Shown here: positions 20,924-32,820 of the stretch, piece by piece | Layout of the letters: each line of letters opens with the position of its first letter | Position numbering within the stretch: the stretch's first letter is position 1 | NCBI GenBank assembly: GCA_963797555.1 | Contig: CAWCPV010000009.1 | Span: 160,001 to 224,000, forward strand | DNA: 64,000 nucleotides | DNA from: an uncultured Gammaproteobacteria bacterium | Lineage (GTDB): Bacteria; Pseudomonadota; Gammaproteobacteria; CAWCPV01 | Direction: 5' to 3' | Position numbers and translations under genes: made by a program | The notes under the pieces: generated by a model | Told to the model about the DNA's origin: nothing | What the model saw: the letters and a program-made list of their open reading frames with translations, nothing else | Databases searched by the model: none

Positions 20924-21784
20924 GACGTCCTCTGCATAATCCTGGTGAGTCGGAGCGGGGCTTTCCCGTGTCGGCGGGGACTAAGCCCCTGGCACAGGGA
21001 AGACGAGCGGCGTCGATTCTCCGGTGTGGATACGGCCAATGCCGCACGCGCGCATCATGACGGCGGTCTCGTCATCATGCGGTGGGCATCCCGAAGCGCC
21101 GCTATTCGGCCATCTCCATGGCATCCCGGCGGCATGCCCACCCGTATGAGCCCGAGATTGCAGACTGGGACCGCCCGCCAGCTTCCCGCATCAGCGGGCA
21201 TGAGCGGCAGCTCGCAGGGGCGTTCGGACCCGCGTCTGCGACGCTGCGGGAGCGATCTCGTGGACGATGCTCCACGAGGTACCAAAGCGCGCCACCGACA
21301 TCGCCCGTCAAGCCACCTGCGGCCCGCTCCATCCTCCTGACACGCGTTGTCGGGGGCATATCCCAGGAGGTCCGCGTCGAGCGACAGCGCGGAAAGGCGT
21401 GCCCGCGACGCCCCAGCAGCGCCCTGCTCATATCGAAACCGTACCGGCTGGACGGCTATCCGTCAATGATCACGGTGGCCGCAGGGGCGGCTCCAGCTCG
21501 GCAATGCCCGCACAGCACGGGGCAGGGAACCGGACCGGTGGGCGGCTCTCGGCTCTCGACGCGGGCACCCTGCCCCCCTGTGACAGGGACCAGGGGTGGC
21601 GTCTCGAACCTCCTTCGACCGATACGGCGGCCCGGGTGAGCGACAGGACTGTGACCGGAGCGTGATGGCGGGGAACACGAGCCTTCTCTGAGCACGAGCG
21701 TTGGAGTAGAATGCAACGTTCTGCGAGGCCCGGGCTGGGCCTGGCGCGGTGCTCCCTTGACAGGCAGAGAGGGCCTACAGCGAC

Positions 21785-22036
21785 ATGGTGACCATCCGTT
21801 TGGCGCGCGCCGGCGCGACGAAGCGTCCCTTCTACCACATCGTCGTTACCGACAGCCGTAACAAACGCGACGGGCGTTTCATAGAGCGACTGGGCTTCTT
21901 CAACCCCATCGCCAGCGACAAGGTGGCGGAGTCCGTGCGCATCGACATGGAGCGCGTCCGGTACTGGCTGTCGCAGGGCGCCAAGACCTCCCAGCGCGTG
22001 GCGCAGATCATGAAGCAGCATCCGCCGGCGTCATAG
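21785..22036 (+). CDS. rpsP: 30S ribosomal protein S16
   Basis: [41 protein letters not shown]. Confidence 0.98.
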   Translation: MVTIRLARAGATKRPFYHIVVTDSRNKRDGRFIERLGFFNPIASDKVAESVRIDMERVRYWLSQGAKTSQRVAQIMKQHPPAS

Positions 22037-22043
22037 CCGCGGC

Positions 22044-22559
22044 GTGAGCGATAGCGGAGATCGTTTCGTCGTCGTCGGCCGCATCGCGGGCCTGTTCGGC
22101 GTGCGCGGCGAGGTGCGTGTGGAGTCCTACACGGAGCCGCGCCAGCAACTTCTCGAACTGTCCCCGTGGTACTTGGACCGCGGCGTGGGACAGTGGCACC
22201 CGGTGCCGTTAGGACATGGCCGCATGCACGGCAAGAGCCTGGTGGGGGTGCTGGGTGGGTCTTCGGACCGGGAAGATGCGCGCGCCTGGCTCGGCGCCCG
22301 TATCGCGGTGCGTCGGAGGCAGTTGCCCCCCACCGCGTCCGGACAGTATTACTGGGCCGATCTCGTGGGCCTCGTCGTCCTCGACGGGACGGGGGAGACG
22401 CTGGGGCGAGTGTCTTCTCTCATCGAAACGGGAGCGAACGACGTGCTGGTAGTGGCGGGCGAGCAGGAGCACCTTATCCCGTTCGTGGCGGGGGCCGTGG
22501 TCAGGCAGGTGGACCTGGATCGCGGCACCATCGAGGTCGACTGGACCACAGACACCTGA
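22044..22559 (+). CDS. rimM: Ribosome maturation factor RimM
   Basis: [33 protein letters not shown]; operon position. Confidence 0.96.
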   Translation: MSDSGDRFVVVGRIAGLFGVRGEVRVESYTEPRQQLLELSPWYLDRGVGQWHPVPLGHGRMHGKSLVGVLGGSSDREDARAWLGARIAVRRRQLPPTASGQYYWADLVGLVVLDGTGETLGRVSSLIETGANDVLVVAGEQEHLIPFVAGAVVRQVDLDRGTIEVDWTTDT

Positions 22560-22566
22560 TCCGGAC

Positions 22567-23325
22567 ATGTGGCTAGGGGTCGTGACCCTGTTCCCGGCCA
22601 TGTTCCGGCCGTTCCTCGAATCCGGCGTGGTGGGCCGGGCGTTGGCGCGGGGGTTGGCCGATGTCCAGCTCTGGAACCCGCGGGACTTCGCGCGCGACCG
22701 GCACCACAGGGTCGATGACCGCCCTTACGGCGGCGGGCCCGGCATGGTGATGCAGGTCCAGCCGTTGCGCGATGCCATTCGCGCCGCTCGGGCGGCGGCC
22801 GGAAACGGAGCCTCGGTGGTGCTGCTCAGCCCCCAGGGCCGGCGCCTGGATCAGCGGGGCGTCAACGAGCTGCACGCGCGAGGGCGCCTGGTGCTGGTGG
22901 CCGCGCGCTATGAAGGCGTGGATGAGCGCTTGGTGCAGCTTGAAGTCGACCAGGAATGGTCCATCGGGGACTATGTTCTGAGCGGCGGTGAGCTGGCCGC
23001 CATGGTGCTGATCGACGCCATCACGCGCCTGATCCCGGGTGCCCTCGGGCATGGGAGTTCGGCCCAGCAGGACTCCTTCATGCAGGGGCTGCTGGATCAT
23101 CCGCACTACACCAGGCCGGAGGTGGTGGAAGGCCTCCGTGTCCCCGAGGTATTGCTGAGCGGGGACCACCAAGCCATTCGCCGGTGGCGCCACAAGCAGG
23201 CGCTCGGACGCACTTGGCAGCGGCGGCCCGATCTGCTCGAGTCGATGACGGTGGACGCCGAGCAGCGTCGCATGCTGGAAGAGTTTATTGCCGAGCTACG
23301 GGATGCGCAGAGGGACCGGGTATGA
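22567..23325 (+). CDS. trmD: tRNA (guanine37-N1)-methyltransferase
   Basis: [31 protein letters not shown]. Confidence 0.98.
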   Translation: MWLGVVTLFPAMFRPFLESGVVGRALARGLADVQLWNPRDFARDRHHRVDDRPYGGGPGMVMQVQPLRDAIRAARAAAGNGASVVLLSPQGRRLDQRGVNELHARGRLVLVAARYEGVDERLVQLEVDQEWSIGDYVLSGGELAAMVLIDAITRLIPGALGHGSSAQQDSFMQGLLDHPHYTRPEVVEGLRVPEVLLSGDHQAIRRWRHKQALGRTWQRRPDLLESMTVDAEQRRMLEEFIAELRDAQRDRV

Positions 23326-23666
23326 GCGACATTATCAAGGCGATTGAAGCGGAGCAGATGGACCGGGAGATCCCCGACTTCGGACCGGGTGACACCGTCG
23401 TGGTTCAGGTCAAGGTGAAGGAGGGAAGCCGCGAGCGGCTCCAGGCCTTCGAAGGGGTGGTGATCGCGAAGCGCAACCGGGGACTGAATTCCTCGTTCAC
23501 GGTGCGCAAGATCTCGCACGGCGAGGGCGTGGAGCGCGTGTTCCAGTCGTACAGCCCCAACATTCAGAGCATCAAGGTCAAGCGGCGGGGTGCGGTGCGT
23601 CGCGCCAAGCTCTACTATCTCCGCGGTCTCCAGGGCAAGGCCGCGCGTATCAAGGAGAAGCTGTAG
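23322..23666 (+). CDS. rplS: 50S ribosomal protein L19
   Basis: [28 protein letters not shown]. Confidence 0.98.
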   Translation: MSDIIKAIEAEQMDREIPDFGPGDTVVVQVKVKEGSRERLQAFEGVVIAKRNRGLNSSFTVRKISHGEGVERVFQSYSPNIQSIKVKRRGAVRRAKLYYLRGLQGKAARIKEKL

Positions 23667-23671
23667 CGGCC

Positions 23672-24160
23672 GTGACACGGCTAGCAGCAGGCCGGCCCTA
23701 TGCGGCCGTTCTGCAGACCCCCATCGGCAGGTTGGGGATGGTGTTGCAGGACGGGCGTCTTGCCGCGCTGGATTTTCTGCTCTCCAGCGCAGCGCTTCGC
23801 GAGCCGCGCGACTCTGCTTGCGAGCAGGCCGCGGCATGGATCGAACAGTACTTTCGCGACCCCTGCGCGGTCTTCGACCTGCCCATAACACTCGCCGGCA
23901 CCCCGTTCCAGCGCAGGGTATGGGCGGCGCTTCGCACGATACCGCCCGGCGCCGCCCGGCGTTATGGTGATCTGGCGGGCGATCTCGACACGAGCCCGCG
24001 TGCCGTCGGAAATGCGTGCCGCGCGAACGCGTTGCCCATCGTGATTCCCTGCCATCGGGTCGTTGGGGCGACCGGCCTCGGCGGTTATGCCGGGGCGACC
24101 GCGGGCCAGGCATTGGATACCAAGGCTTGGCTGCTGCGTCATGAAGCCCGTTGCACCTGA
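23672..24160 (+). CDS. ogt: Methylated-DNA-protein-cysteine methyltransferase
   Basis: GTPFQRRVW, RAVGNAC, IVIPCHRV. Confidence 0.93.
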   Translation: MTRLAAGRPYAAVLQTPIGRLGMVLQDGRLAALDFLLSSAALREPRDSACEQAAAWIEQYFRDPCAVFDLPITLAGTPFQRRVWAALRTIPPGAARRYGDLAGDLDTSPRAVGNACRANALPIVIPCHRVVGATGLGGYAGATAGQALDTKAWLLRHEARCT

Positions 24161-25061
24161 TCCCGATCCATCGGGGCAGGCTGGCTTGGTCGATGCCTTT
24201 CTGGATGCCCTCTGGATGGAACACGGCCTGAGCAGCAATACCCTCGCCGCTTACGGCGCAGACCTGCGCGGCTGCGGTCGTTGGCTCGAGGCGCGGGGCA
24301 AGACCTTGCTGTCGGTGCAGCGGGAGGACCTGCTCCAGTACCTGGCGAGCCGCGTGTCCCTCGCCGCGAGCCCGCGCTCTACGGCGCGCCTGGTGTCCAG
24401 CCTGCGGCGCTTCTACCAGTACCTGTTGCGCGAGGGGCGGATGCGCGTCGACCCGAGCCTGCGCATCGAGTCCCCGAAGCTCGGCCGTGGCCTGCCCGAG
24501 GCGCTGACCGAGCCGGAGGTCGAGGCGCTCCTCGATGCGCCCGCAGTGAGTTCGGCCCGGGGCCTGCGCGATCGCACCATGCTGGAGGTTCTCTACGCCA
24601 CGGGCCTGCGGGTGTCCGAACTGGTCGGGCTGCGCCTCGACCAAGTCAATCTGCGCCAGGGGGTCGTGCGCGTCCTCGGCAAGGGAAGAAAAGAGCGCCT
24701 GGTGCCCCTTGGGGAGGAGTCGCTCACTTGGTTGGAGCAGTACCTCCGCGATGGGCGCCCTGACCTGGCAATGGGCCAGATGACGGACAGCCTGTTCCCG
24801 ACACGCAGGAGGGCCTTCATGACACGCGAGAACTTCTGGCACCTCGTCAAGCGTTATGCGTTCCAGGCGCGTATCGCGAAATCCATTTCCCCGCACACCC
24901 TTCGGCATTCCTTCGCCACCCACCTCCTGAACCACGGGGCGGACCTGCGCTCCGTGCAGATGCTGCTGGGTCACAGCGACCTGTCGACGACGCAGATCTA
25001 TACTCACGTCGCCCGGGCGAGACTCAAGGAATTGCACGCTCGGCACCACCCCCGCGGCTGA
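24141..25061 (+). CDS. xerD: Site-specific tyrosine recombinase XerD
   Basis: LEVLYATGLRVSELV, GKGRKERLVP, SPHTLRHSFATHLLNHGADLRSVQMLLGHSDLSTTQIYTHV, C-terminal HHPRG. Confidence 0.96.
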   Translation: MKPVAPDPDPSGQAGLVDAFLDALWMEHGLSSNTLAAYGADLRGCGRWLEARGKTLLSVQREDLLQYLASRVSLAASPRSTARLVSSLRRFYQYLLREGRMRVDPSLRIESPKLGRGLPEALTEPEVEALLDAPAVSSARGLRDRTMLEVLYATGLRVSELVGLRLDQVNLRQGVVRVLGKGRKERLVPLGEESLTWLEQYLRDGRPDLAMGQMTDSLFPTRRRAFMTRENFWHLVKRYAFQARIAKSISPHTLRHSFATHLLNHGADLRSVQMLLGHSDLSTTQIYTHVARARLKELHARHHPRG

Positions 25062-25187
25062 GCGGGTGGACCGTCTGTCGCTCGACTCCTTCCCCGAGCC
25101 CGGGTTGCTTAAGAGTAAGGGCCAGTGAGTAAGGGCTCTGACCCTGTGTCTGACCCCATTCTCCGTGACCCCTTTCTCCGCAAAGTT

Positions 25188-26081
25188 CTAGTGGGAAATC
25201 TCCTTCAGGCTGATGCTCTGCGGCAACTTCGCCGATGCAAGGTCAAGACGGTCGCCGACCAGCGGGATCTCGATGGACTGGGCGTCGTCAGTCTGCCACA
25301 CGAGCACCGGCTTGCTCGGCTTGGTCGGATCGACTACGACGTGGTTGTCGATCGGCGCGTTTTCCACTTTCCAGCCTAGGGTGGACGACCAGGACATCGC
25401 TGCCTCGCGGGGATTGTTTCCCCGGAGCCGCACAAGAATCCGCTGCAACGCCGCATCGTCGCTGGCCCAAGTGATCACCCCGACCGCTGAAGGGTCTTCG
25501 TCCAGGACCTCCTTGTCCGCCGGCGTCGTCACCATATAGACAGCCACGGTGCGGCCGACCGCCGACGGTTTGGCGAGACGAGTGTATGTCAGCAGATGCG
25601 TGCCGCTCGATTTGACGTAGAGCGTCTTGAGTGTGTTGAGGTTGAGCTGTATCTCCGCGTCACTCTCCGCGCAGCATCTTCACAAAACGATCTTGACGCC
25701 GGCGGCCCCTTCGATCTTGACTTCATCGCCGGGGATCTCGCGACGCACGAGCGGGGCGTCGAAATGCCCGGACCTGCTCAGTGGATGGACCACCAGCGTG
25801 ACGGTTCCCGTCTCGTCCCCGTTCTCCGCGAGGTCTTCCGAAATGCGCCGGCGGTGGCGGACCTCGGCCTCCACCACGGCCGTCCGCACTGTCCCCTGGT
25901 ACACAAACTGAGTCAGCTCGTAGGTGCGGGATCGCGTCGCCAGGTAAAGGTCGGCGCCGCCTTTTTACAGCGTCGCCTCCGACTGGCCACTCAGCGTCGT
26001 GCCGTCGCCCGAGTTGGCCGCCAGGGCGGGAAGAGCATGGAGCGCGAAGATGAATGAGAGTGCTGCGACATCTCGTCGCAT
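25188..26081 (-). pseudogene. Secreted hypothetical protein (~297 aa) with two in-frame stops
   Basis: Signal peptide MRRDVAALSFIFALHALPALA; single frame interrupted by TAA (25965-25967) and TGA (25680-25682). Confidence 0.65.
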
Positions 26082-26091
26082 GAGCGTTCCC

Positions 26092-26850
26092 TCACCTGGC
26101 CGGGCCGAGGTTGAACACGGTACGGGCCCGCACGAGATCGAGCAACTGCACGCTGCCGCTCAAAAGCTTGCCGCTCTTGGGGTCGGCGTTCAGCACCGCG
26201 ACGGCGCCGCGAAAATCGGGTCCCAGCATCGCCGCAAACTGCGCCAGCTCGCAATGCCAGAACGAAGCCAAGTCCTCTCGTCCTGTGTTTCCCGCCTTAG
26301 GCAGGCGTGCAACCACCGACCGGTATCGCTCTGCCGGCATCGTGCGATCGGCGATCACCAGGATTTTCTGCGCGGCCATGTCCGGGGGACTGAGATCGAG
26401 GTCCGGTTTGCCGAACGCCGCTTCGATCTGAGCGAGCGCCTCTTTGACGCGCTGGCCCCGGCGGTCGGAGTAAGGAATGTCGAGCCGTGTCCCGAACACC
26501 TTGCGCCCATCCGCCGCGCTGGAGAACCATAGCTCGAGGTCGCGGCCGTCCTTGAGCGTCGAGTTGATGTGATAGAAGGGCGATTCGTTCAGGACGCTCG
26601 AGCGGAGATTCTCTCCAATATAGCCGCCATAGTTGTGCGGCAGGTGGGTGCCGTAATCGCCTTGATACTGACCTTCCAGCGCCTGATTATCCAGCGCGGA
26701 TTGGTCGCTCAGCGGCATATCGAGTGGAACACTGACCAGGCGCCATCGCTCCGCCGCTTGCGCTCCGCCCGGCAGGACCGACACCAGCACTGCCGCTGCC
26801 AACAAGGTCTTGCGCTTCATTCCTGGGAGATTCCGCTCCACTACTTCCAC
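26092..26850 (-). CDS. Secreted hypothetical protein
   Basis: Signal peptide MKRKTLLAAAVLVSVLPGGAQA; middle gene of a co-oriented trio. Confidence 0.65.
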   Translation of the reverse strand: MEVVERNLPGMKRKTLLAAAVLVSVLPGGAQAAERWRLVSVPLDMPLSDQSALDNQALEGQYQGDYGTHLPHNYGGYIGENLRSSVLNESPFYHINSTLKDGRDLELWFSSAADGRKVFGTRLDIPYSDRRGQRVKEALAQIEAAFGKPDLDLSPPDMAAQKILVIADRTMPAERYRSVVARLPKAGNTGREDLASFWHCELAQFAAMLGPDFRGAVAVLNADPKSGKLLSGSVQLLDLVRARTVFNLGPAR

Positions 26851-27480
26851 ACTGCCTCGAGAGTCACGCGCTCACGCTTGAGGAGCTTCATGGCTCCGTT
26901 CGCGGCCGAGTATACGATTCTTTCCGCCGTCCACACCTTTCCTGGCCTCAACTCCTCCGCCAGGCCCGTGAGGTACGGGCAATGGCCGTGGTCATCGCAG
27001 GGCTTGGAATCGCTGCAATCGTAAGGAATGTCTATACCGTCCACCTGCGAAATCGTTCCGGTCTCGATCTCACACACCGACCCGTCGGACACCCGTATCA
27101 ACCATGCCCGCGGTGACGCCGGGATCCAGGGCGTCGGCTTGGGCAGAGGCTTGGACGGCTTCAGTATGAATCCCGGCCCGTTGCCGATCGGGCTGGCGTC
27201 GCAAACCACCTCCTCGCTGAGACCTGGGGCCTCGAAGCACGGGTCGAAGATCTCGTTGCCCACCATGCATCGCCAAACGCCCACGCGCGCGACCGCGATG
27301 GAATCCGTCCAGCAGTCGCCGGCTCGGGTGGGACCGCCCGGCACCGGAAGGGCTGAAGACAATGACTTCGGTCTGCGCCAGGGCACTGGCGCCGGCTCGC
27401 GCAACGCCGGCGACGAGCGCAACGGTCGCGGCTATCGCTAGCGGCAGCCAGAATCTTTCGATGTGCTTCGACGGTTTCAC
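26841..27480 (-). pseudogene. Cys-rich secreted hypothetical protein, frameshifted near 27340
   Basis: GTG with GGAGG RBS and signal peptide in one frame; GDCWTDSIAV...WRCMVGNEIFDPCF...YDCSDSKPC in another. Confidence 0.6.
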
Positions 27481-27513
27481 TGATGAGGACCTCCGGCAGG
27501 ATACCCACATGAC

Positions 27514-28928
27514 CATCCCATTACACACAACTTGATGACAATCGTGTAACATCCTGACATAACGTCACAAGATGGGGTGTCGGGATGAGCTGGGCGGCGG
27601 AGGAATTTAGGGGCATCGATTTGGGCGACAAGCGGCTGGGCAAGCGGGCCGTGTTGCTTGCCGAGCGGCTGGCGGAGAAGCCGAGCGCGAGCATTCCCGG
27701 AGCGTGTGGGGGCTGGGCCGAGACCCAGGGAGCTTACCGGTTTTTTGCCCACGACGAGATGGACTGGCGGGACATCCTGGAGCCGCACTGGCAGTGTTCT
27801 GCGGCCCGGATGCGGGAGCACGAAATCGTGCTGTGCATCCAAGACACCACGGAGGTGGACTTCAACGGGCAGGACATCGCTGGCCTGGGGCCGTTGAGCT
27901 ATGAGGCGCAACGCGGTATGTACCTGCATCCGACGTATGCCGTGACGCTCGCGCGCGAGCCCTTGGGCGTGCTGGATGCGTGGATGTGGGCACGCGAGCC
28001 GAAGGACGCCGAAGGCCCTCGGGGAGGTGTTCTGGAAAGCACCCGCTGGGTGGAGGGCTATGAGCGCATGGCAGAGCTGGCGTCCGAACTTCCACAGACC
28101 CGCCTGGTGTATGTAGCCGACCGGGAGGCTGACATCGTAGCCCTGATGGCCAAAGCGCGCGACCTGGGGCAGCCGGCCGACTGGTTGGTCCGCTCCCGGC
28201 ACAACCGTGCGCTGCCCGAGGGCGGCAAGCTGTGGGAGGAGGTGACCCGAGGCGAATGCCTGGGCGGGATACGCTTCACGATGCCGTCGCGCCACGGACA
28301 AAAAGCGCGGCAAGTCTGCCAACAGGTGTGGGCGAGGCGTGTGAAGCTCTCCGACGGCAAGGGGGGTCGGTTGGAGGCCACCTGCATCGTGGCCCGGGAA
28401 GTGGACGCGCCAGCAGGCGTGAAGCCCGTCGAATGGCGCCTGCTCACCAACCGTGAGGCCGCCAGCTTGGAGGCGGCGGCCGAGCTCATCGACTGGTATC
28501 GCGCCCGCTGGGAGATTGAACTCTTCTTCCACGTGCTGAAGAACGCCTGCCGCGTGGAGGCGTTGCAGCTCAGCACCATGGAACGCCTGGAACGGGCGCT
28601 GGCGCTATTCATGGTGGTCGCCTGGCGCATCGCCCGGCTGATGCGCCTGGGGCGCACCTGTCCGGACTTGGAGGCCGAGTGGTTGTTCGAGCGCGAGGAG
28701 TGGGAGGCAGCCTTCCTCCTGAACAAGAAACGCCCACCGAAGACGCCACCCCGACTGAACCAAGTGGTGCATCTCATCGCCAGGCTCGGCGGCTTCCTGG
28801 GGCGCAAGGGCGACGGCGAGCCCGGCGTGAAAACCCTCTGGCAAGGGCTCACGCGCGTCATGGACTTCGCGGCAGGACTGCACTACGCGCGTGAGGCTCA
28901 AGTCCTTTGAGTTGTGTGTAATGGGATG
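27514..28928 (+). mobile_element. Intact IS4-family (IS50/Tn5-like) element; transposase 27585-28910
   Basis: Perfect 19-bp IRs CATCCCATTACACACAACT; 9-bp TSD CCACATGAC (27505-27513, 28929-28937); IQDTT, VADREAD, YRARWEIELFFHVLK (YREK), LGGFLGRKGDGEPG. Confidence 0.96.
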
Positions 28929-29214
28929 CCACATGACCTAGGCCGCTTCGGTCGCAGGCAAAGCGCTCCGGTTTTGGCGATAGCGCCCCCGCCGCGGCCT
29001 CGCCCGGGAATTTGGGAGTTCCGAAGGACGACCCGTATCCGGTGCCCACCACCCTCCGGTGCGGTGGAGCCGCGTCCGGCCATCGTTCACCCGAGAAGTA
29101 GTTGCGTATCGGACCGCGCTGCCGCTCTCGGGCTGAAGCGATGGAGCCTGGGCGGCACCCCATGTGGGGCGGCGGCATGTGGGACCCAAAGGAGAGAAGC
29201 CTCCGGCGACCTGA

Positions 29215-29799
29215 TTACGGTTCTTTGCCGGCAAGGGCGTTCTCGATGCGTCGATCGGGCACAAGCCAAACCAGTGCAACCAGCACGTAGAGACCTTGAG
29301 AGAGCCGTTGCGACCAGTACGCCGCCGGAATGGCGATGATGTAGATCAGGGGCGATACCTTTCCCTTCCAATCGGCGCCGACAGCCTTCCGTAAGAGGGA
29401 GCCAGGACCTTGCGAGGCAATGATGAGTTGCTGCAGTATCCAGTACGCGATAGCGGCCATGAGCAGAACGACACCGTAGAAAGCCGATGGTGCCGCGGCG
29501 AAGTGATTCTCTCCCATCCAACCCGTGGCGAAGGGAAACAGTGATAGCCAGAACAACAGATGTAGGTTGGCCCACAGCATCGGCCCCGTCACCGTGCGAC
29601 ACGCATGCAGCATATGGTGGTGGTTGTTCCAGTAGATGCCGACGTAGACGAAGCTCAACACATAGCTCAAGAACACTGGGACCAATGGCGCAAGAGCATC
29701 GATCCTCTCGCCATGAGGCACCTTTAGCTCCAACACCATGATGGTGATGATGATGGCGATCACGCCATCGCTGAACGCTTCGAGCCTACCTTTGCCCAT
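29215..29799 (-). CDS. TMEM175/DUF1211 potassium-channel family protein
   Basis: RLEAFSDGVIAIIITIMVLEL, YWNNHHH. Confidence 0.92.
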   Translation of the reverse strand: MGKGRLEAFSDGVIAIIITIMVLELKVPHGERIDALAPLVPVFLSYVLSFVYVGIYWNNHHHMLHACRTVTGPMLWANLHLLFWLSLFPFATGWMGENHFAAAPSAFYGVVLLMAAIAYWILQQLIIASQGPGSLLRKAVGADWKGKVSPLIYIIAIPAAYWSQRLSQGLYVLVALVWLVPDRRIENALAGKEP

Positions 29800-29818
29800 T
29801 CAGGCCGCGCTCTTTCTC

Positions 29819-30085
29819 TCAAAGAAACTTCCACTTCACGACAACCGCGACCGCAGCAGGCAGCGAGAATATCAACAGGAAGATCGGCAGCTCTTCTCGT
29901 AAGGAGTATCCGGCCCGCGACATGCCACCCCACATGTTCCAAGCCGCCCCCAAAAGCCAGAGGACGACGAACGCCGTGGTGGCTGTCGTCGTGGACGAAG
30001 CGCTGGTGCTGGCAAAGAGTCTTGCAAACCCAAGGCAGACCGCCCAAAGTGCAAAGCCTCCAAGGATGATGATTACCGTGCGCAT
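29819..30085 (-). CDS. Small membrane protein
   Basis: Three hydrophobic segments, NMWGGMSRAGYSLREELPIFLLIF; RBS GGAGA. Confidence 0.6.
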   Translation of the reverse strand: MRTVIIILGGFALWAVCLGFARLFASTSASSTTTATTAFVVLWLLGAAWNMWGGMSRAGYSLREELPIFLLIFSLPAAVAVVVKWKFL

Positions 30086-30324
30086 TACGCGCTCTCCTGG
30101 TCGTTAGCAATCGATGAGCGAGGCGACTGCAGAAGGATAACGGATGGGCTAAACACACGCCATTACACGGAAGTGCTAGTTCCGACAATCACTCCGGCGG
30201 GAGGCCGGAATCCGGAGGCCACGGATGGCCTCGCTCGGCATCCCCGCCCCGGATTCCGCACACTCCTTGCGTGGAAAGACGAGATGTGTGTGAGGATATG
30301 GGCTGAACGATTCGGCCCCCCGGA

Positions 30325-30385
30325 GAGGGACTACTCTACGCCCGACCACGCCGGTCGCGCCGGTGACGAAGATTCGCATGTTCAC
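30325..30385 (-). pseudogene. N-terminal fragment of an NAD-dependent epimerase/dehydratase
   Basis: MRIFVTGATGVVGRRVVP Rossmann start, then similarity ends. Confidence 0.55.
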
Positions 30386-30722
30386 ATCGCTCCGCAGGTT
30401 CGATCAGGGGGCTCAGCGCCCGCCCAGTGCAAGCCGACCGTGGCAAGCCGACGGACAAGGCCATCTCGGTCTGGGTATGACCCCGGTTGGTGGGTCGTTG
30501 GGCAGGTTCCGACGGCGGTGCTACCATGAATCTTATACGTTCCACTTCGCCCCATAGGCGTGTCGTGGCGGTCCGGTGCCCCAGCGGACCGGGTTGCTTC
30601 GAAGTCCTGGACGAGCGATCGCTATTGCGCTATGCCCGGAGCGGCGTCATGAGGCAGCCGGGGGGCACCGGGCGTTCCGGCATCCAAACCCATCAGGTCC
30701 CGACCCTCGGAGGAGACCGGTC

Positions 30723-31878
30723 ATGAGATTCCGCTCCACGTATCCCGCCGCCGCAACCTCCGAACTCTTCCGCCTCGCCCATACGACGGGCGTCGAGCCC
30801 GGCGCGCTGGTCCAGGCTTGTCTCGCTCAGCTCGGCCCTCTGCCGGCCGATGCGAACCTGGGCTTCATCTACGCCAGCGACGCTCTGGCCCGCGAGCTGG
30901 AGGCCCTGGTGCGCCTGCTCAAGCAGGCCACCGGCATCGAGAGCTGGGTCGGCAGCGTGGGTGTGGCCATCAGTGTGACCGGCCACGAGTACTACGACCA
31001 ACCGGTCCTGGCCGTGATGGTCGGGAGCGTGCCTCCTGAAGGCCTGCATCTGATCCCCTCGCTCACGGCCGGCATCGAGGGCTTCCGCGCCGAGTGCGGC
31101 GAATGGCTGAGTGTGCACCAGCCCCACTTCGGGATCGTGCATGGAGACCCGACAAACCCCGCGACCCCCAGCCTGCTTTACAAGCTGGCGGAAGACACTG
31201 GGGCCTTCTTCGTCGGCGGCATCACCTCTTCGCAAAGCCAGAACCTGCAGGTGAGCGGCGGGATCGTCCGCGGCGGCATCTCGGGGGTGCTGTTCGACCA
31301 AGCGGTGGAGGTCCTCACCAGCCACACCCAGGGCTGTGCTCCCATCGGTCCGAAGCACCGGATCACCCACGCCGTCGGCAACGTCCTCGCCGAGCTGGAC
31401 GGAACGTCCTGCCCTGGACGTGTTCAAGGAGGACATCGGCCAGGTCCTCGCGAAGGACCTCCAGCGCGTCGCCGGCTATATCTTCGCGGGGCTGCCGATC
31501 GCAGGCTCGGATACCAGCGATTACATGGTGCGCAACCTTATCGGGATAGACCTCGGGCAGAAGCTGCTCGCCATCGGTGAGCATCTGACACCGGGGGAGG
31601 AGATCATGTTCTGCCGGCGCGATGGAAACACGGCCCGCGAGGACATGTTGCGCATGCTGCGCGACCTCAAGGCCCGCGCCCAGGGGCGCCAGATCCGGGG
31701 AGGGGTCTACTACTCCTGCCTGGGCCGCGGTCGCTACCAGTTCGGCGAGGACTCCGAAGAGCTCAAGATGATCGCCGAGGAGCACGGAGACTTCCCGCTG
31801 GTCGGTTTCTTCGCCAACGGCGAAATTTTCCACAACCGCCTCTACGGCTACACGGGTGTGCTGACGCTGTTTCTGTGA
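30723..31878 (+). CDS. FIST N/C-domain signal-transduction protein, frameshift near 31403
   Basis: FFVGGITSS, TQGCAPIG...ELDG | PALD...VRNLIGID...YYSCLGRG...PLVGFFANGEI...LYGYTGVL. Confidence 0.85.
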
Positions 31879-32206
31879 ATGCCGCGAGGGGGCCTGTTCG
31901 AGCGGCAGGCTAAATAAGCTGTCCGTTACCATTCCCTGTCCGCGGGCGCGAGAGCCGGCAGCGAGACCAGTCGAGACGATAAGGTCGCCCCAAAGCAGTA
32001 AGGCACGCATTGGTTGGGCGAGGGATGGCGTGCCCTGGAACCGTATTAACTTCGCCAGGGCCAGCCCCCTGTGCAAAGCGAACCACGAGCAAGTGTCTCC
32101 AAGTGCCCACAAGATTTCACAAGGCTGGACCTGACCCCGGTCCTCGGTCCTACAAGCGTCTTCGGGCGTCTACAAGATGGGCAGCTAGCAGCCCCGCCTT
32201 ACCCGA

Positions 32207-32509
32207 CTAGCCCCTTCGTCGCTGCCATTCTGCCGGATCGCGACTCACGTGAAGCACCGCCAGCACCACGATCACCTCGCCCTCAACGGCGAAGTAGACA
32301 GCGTACGGGAAACGGTGCGCCAGCGCTCGTCGGATCCCCGACCGCAAAGGCTGGTACTTCAGTGGCCCATCGACAACTCGGTCGTACGTCGCACGCAATT
32401 CGTCCAGGAACTCCCGACCGAGGCCAGCTTGCTCCTTCTCGTACCAGTCGAACACTGCCGCAACGTCCAGATCGGCTTGCGGCTGGGCAACAAGCCGATA
32501 CTCGGTCAC
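32207..32509 (-). CDS. RelE/ParE-family toxin
   Basis: FDWYEKEQAGLGREFLDEL...IRRALAHRFPYAVYF...VLAVLHVSRDP. Confidence 0.88.
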   Translation of the reverse strand: MTEYRLVAQPQADLDVAAVFDWYEKEQAGLGREFLDELRATYDRVVDGPLKYQPLRSGIRRALAHRFPYAVYFAVEGEVIVVLAVLHVSRDPAEWQRRRG

Positions 32510-32739
32510 CGATCTTGCTTAGCGAGGCGATCCAGCGCCTCATGTGCCGGCTGTGCACGGCTTGGATCTCGGCGGTACTCAGCAAGCCGCTCTTCGGCGA
32601 GTTTAAGGTGCGTCTCCGGGACCGGAATTTCGCCTGGCCTCTCGGCGATACGGTCCCAGAGTGCTTGCAGGTAGCGGATTTGCTCGGCCTTCGAAAGATC
32701 GCTGAACCCCATGGGTTCCGGAAGCGTAGTAGGTTGCAT
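32506..32739 (-). CDS. Putative addiction-module antitoxin
   Basis: LSKAEQIRYLQALWDRI...HLKLAEERLAEYRRDP; 4-nt overlap with toxin. Confidence 0.85.
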   Translation of the reverse strand: MQPTTLPEPMGFSDLSKAEQIRYLQALWDRIAERPGEIPVPETHLKLAEERLAEYRRDPSRAQPAHEALDRLAKQDR

Positions 32740-32820
32740 GCGTTACCCTCGCCATCAGGCTAACCCTAACCCATATCTCATGATTAGATAGATTAGATTG
32801 CATCATCCCTCCGGGCTCCG

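Noticed and set aside
20924-21784. ncRNA or riboswitch in the long dadA-rpsP gap (also 9160-9780)
   Set aside because: GC-rich hairpins only; no RNA family consensus I can recognise; an Rfam scan is needed
24141-25061. Tyrosine recombinase as the integron integrase or a prophage integrase
   Set aside because: Canonical XerD sequence in a housekeeping context; no IntI-specific insertion visible
25680-25682. Selenocysteine read-through of the in-frame TGA
   Set aside because: The same gene also has an in-frame TAA and no clear SECIS hairpin; a nonsense mutation is simpler
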